A stretch of DNA of 64,000 bases. It comes from Macrostomum lignano. Lineage: Eukaryota. A model generated the notes under the pieces. That model did not search any database. It was given only the letters and a program-made list of their open reading frames with translations, and had not been told where the DNA came from. Every line of letters begins with the position of its first letter. Position 1 is the stretch's first letter. The stretch is from positions 86,298-150,297 of the forward strand of contig NIVC01000757.1 of the NCBI GenBank assembly GCA_002269645.1, read 5' to 3'. Made by a program: the position numbers and the translations under genes. This document shows positions 61,301-64,000 of this stretch, piece after piece.

Positions 61301-64000
61301 CTGAAGACCTGTGAGGACAAGATTGCGCAGATCCGTGATTGGCCCGTGCCGCAGTCTGTTACTCAACTGAGACAATTCCTAGGCCTCGCCAATTACTACC
61401 ACAAGTTTGTCAACGGCTACGCTGGATATGCTGCGCCGCTGCTTGCCCTGACTCGAAAGGACATCGGCAGCCTGCGGCAGCATTGGACTAATGAGCACCA
61501 GGTAGCATTCGACACGTTGAAGAAGTTGTGTTCGACTGAAGTTCTCACTCTGCCTGAGTTTAACTCAGATCCTGATGTGAAATTTGTCCTAGACACTGAT
61601 GCCTCAGACATTCGCATAGGCGCTTGTCTTGGACAACGGCAATCCGACGGCGTCGAGCGCCCAATTGCATTCTTTAGCCAGAAAATTCGTGATCCTGAAA
61701 AGCGCTACATGGTTACGAAGAAAGAGCTGCTTGCAATCGTGGACGCTATGCGACATTTCAGTCATTATTTAATTGGCAAGAAGTTTGAAGTTCATTCTGA
61801 CCATTGAGCCTAGCTGTGGCTGCTGAACCAGATGCAGGTCACAGGCATCTTGGGCCGTTGGATTGAGCGACTGAGCGAGTTCTGCTTCCAGCTTCACCAT
61901 TGCAAAGGCAAGGACCATGCCAACACTGACGCCCTGTCAAGATGCCCGGAGACACCACCGGTCGACTTTGAGCACGGCCGACTGCTTGAGCATCCCGATT
62001 CTGCAGCCCGACACGATGATGACACCAGCTTGGAGCCGGACTTGGACACCACCAGGAAGGCCACTGCAAGACCAGCCCTTTCGAAGAAGGTCCGCACTCG
62101 CAACAAGGAGGCCAAGACTGCCCTGGCCGAAGCCCTGAAGGCCACCGCGCCAGCAGCCCTTCAGTACGACGACCATCGCTGCAGTCAACGCCAAGAGACC
62201 GGTCTGGACAGGAACCCGGAGGCCACTGACACCTCAGCCCTCCGCAGCGACGCCCATGCCAACTGCCGATACTTGGAGATTCGCCCAGACGAAGCCTCGG
62301 AGGCCCCTGCTGACGTAGACCTCCTTGACGATGTCCAAGACTGCAGATCTCGGGACATGGAGACGCCCATGGACCACGACTCAGAGGCCACTGAACAAGC
62401 AGCCCTCCTGATGATGGCCCACAGTGCAGATCCAGATCAGCAATGTAACTGCAAACCCCCGAAGTTTTGCGCTGAGAGTTCTCGCCATGTTGACAGAGGC
62501 CAGACTCTCGCGATGGCAGCAAGGTCAACGCTCTGTCCCCTGAGCCGACAGACAGCTGCTCATCGCCTGTGTGGAAAGTCAAGTCCCCCGTTGCGACACT
62601 GCCCAGTGCAGGAGAAAACTCACTCAATGTTGACGATTTTGGAGCCGACAGCTACGGCTGCCTACGACGGGGCGTGCTTTGTGTTGCGTCTCGCCCTACA
62701 GCCAAGAGTCGCCTGGGCTGTGCAGTGGAGGCAAGTGCACTGCTCCAGCTGCAGAAATTCCTGTCAAGAGACCAACGATGAGAACTTCAAAATGAGATCA
62801 GCGATTGTGAGACAAAGTCGCTTGGAGCGACCTAATCCTGACGCCGACAAGACGGAGTTGCGTGATCAACTGCAAGCGACCGAAGCGGAGACTGCAGGAG
62901 TCATGACCCCTCAGCCATGCCGCGCTGTGCTCATGGATTTTCTGAGGTTGCCGATGACGCGGCAACAGTTTGTTGACGCGCAGCGCGCCGACCAAGCTAT
63001 CAGCTACGTGTTCAACTTGGTCGAGAACAAAGCCCCGAAGCCCAAGTTTGACGCCCGGTTGCGGCTGATGAAGGAGCAGCGGAACCTGCTCGGATATTAC
63101 GAGAATCTGCGAGAGGACGATGGCCTGCTGATGATTGACCTGACTGATGGCCAGCAGTCCCCAAAGATTGTCTTGCCCGAAGCCCTCGATGCCCAGGTGC
63201 TCTAGGAGCTCCACAGTTCGCCACTGTGTGGACACCTAGGCCAGACAAAAATGCTGAAATGACTGCGAGAACGATTCTGGCGGCCCGGATTAGCCCGTGT
63301 CACCGAGAATTTTATCAGCAGATGCCGGGCCTGTCTCGAAAGCAAATCGCAAAGGCGAGACAAAGTTCCAGTTCAAAGCTTCCCAGTCTGCGAAGTGCTA
63401 GGAAGAGTACATTGCGATGTAGTAGACCCTATTGCCCAGAAGAGCAAGAGCGGGAACTGCTACATATTGACCTTGTGCGACGCGACGTCGAAGTACCCGT
63501 TTGCCTATCCTATGAGGAACCAGAAAGCCAAGACTGTCATCAAGATCCTGTAGGAGCGCTTGATCCCTGACTTTGGTGTACCCTGCTGGATACACACTGA
63601 TCAAGGCACCAACTTCACCGGCTCTGCCTTCAAGAAGTTCTGCAACCTGTTTGGCATTTGACATACTACAACAACACTGTACAACCCAGCTTCCAATGGT
63701 CAAGTCGAGAACCTCAACAAGCAGCTGAAGAGCGTTCTCACCTGCCTCCTCGAGCGAAACCACAATGACTGGGACACCTTCCTTCCAGCCTGCCTGATGG
63801 CTCTCTGCTCCAGTGTACACCCGGTGACAGGATTCATGCCCCACTACCTGGTGTTCGGCCGTGACTTCCGACTGCCAATCGACAACGCGCTGAAGAAGCT
63901 GCCCGAGTATGTCAAGGACTTCCAACGCCGTCTCGACAATGCCACCGAGCAAGCCAAGGATCGTCTGCATCTCCATCAGCAACTGCGAGATGAGCACTAC

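Larger units (their letters stand above)
57230..64000 (+). mobile_element. Ty3/Gypsy LTR retrotransposon, degenerate, 3' end outside the window
   Basis: 5' LTR, PBS, gag with CCHC knuckle (CYGCGQPGHRNAQC), protease (FLLDSGS), RT (YMDDIVV), RNase H (LDTDASDIRIG) and integrase (H..GH...C..C; IHTDQGTNF). The PR-RT-RH-IN order is that of Ty3/Gypsy. There are many stops and frameshifts. Confidence 0.96.

Overview
Repeat-rich animal genomic DNA with GT-AG introns. GC-rich exons and introns packed with mini/microsatellites resemble a Macrostomum-type flatworm genome, but the species is inference. There is no prokaryotic content and no CRISPR array. Layout: an 8.4-kb 118-bp satellite; the 5' half of a GBA2 glucosylceramidase gene (minus, 4 exons, catalytic half not found); a tRNA-derived SINE; a two-exon gene for a ~800-aa low-complexity protein; LINE, hAT and EnSpm-like relics; a disrupted ALK/LTK-type glycine-rich gene; a complete six-exon MGAT2 gene (minus); a defective piggyBac; an intron-containing Crypton-type tyrosine recombinase; and a degenerate Ty3/Gypsy element running off the right edge. 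The strongest leads are three. (1) A dispersed repeat family carries a ~64-nt copy of the 28S rRNA helix 69-71 segment, the R2/Pokey/I-PpoI target, with divergence concentrated at the cleavage site; one locus is folded into a ~206-bp near-perfect inverted repeat. (2) The Gypsy element has a triplicated LTR-end/tRNA-Leu primer-binding-site junction. (3) The Crypton recombinase retains all recognisable catalytic residues. All homology calls come from reading the sequence against remembered family motifs; no database search was run.
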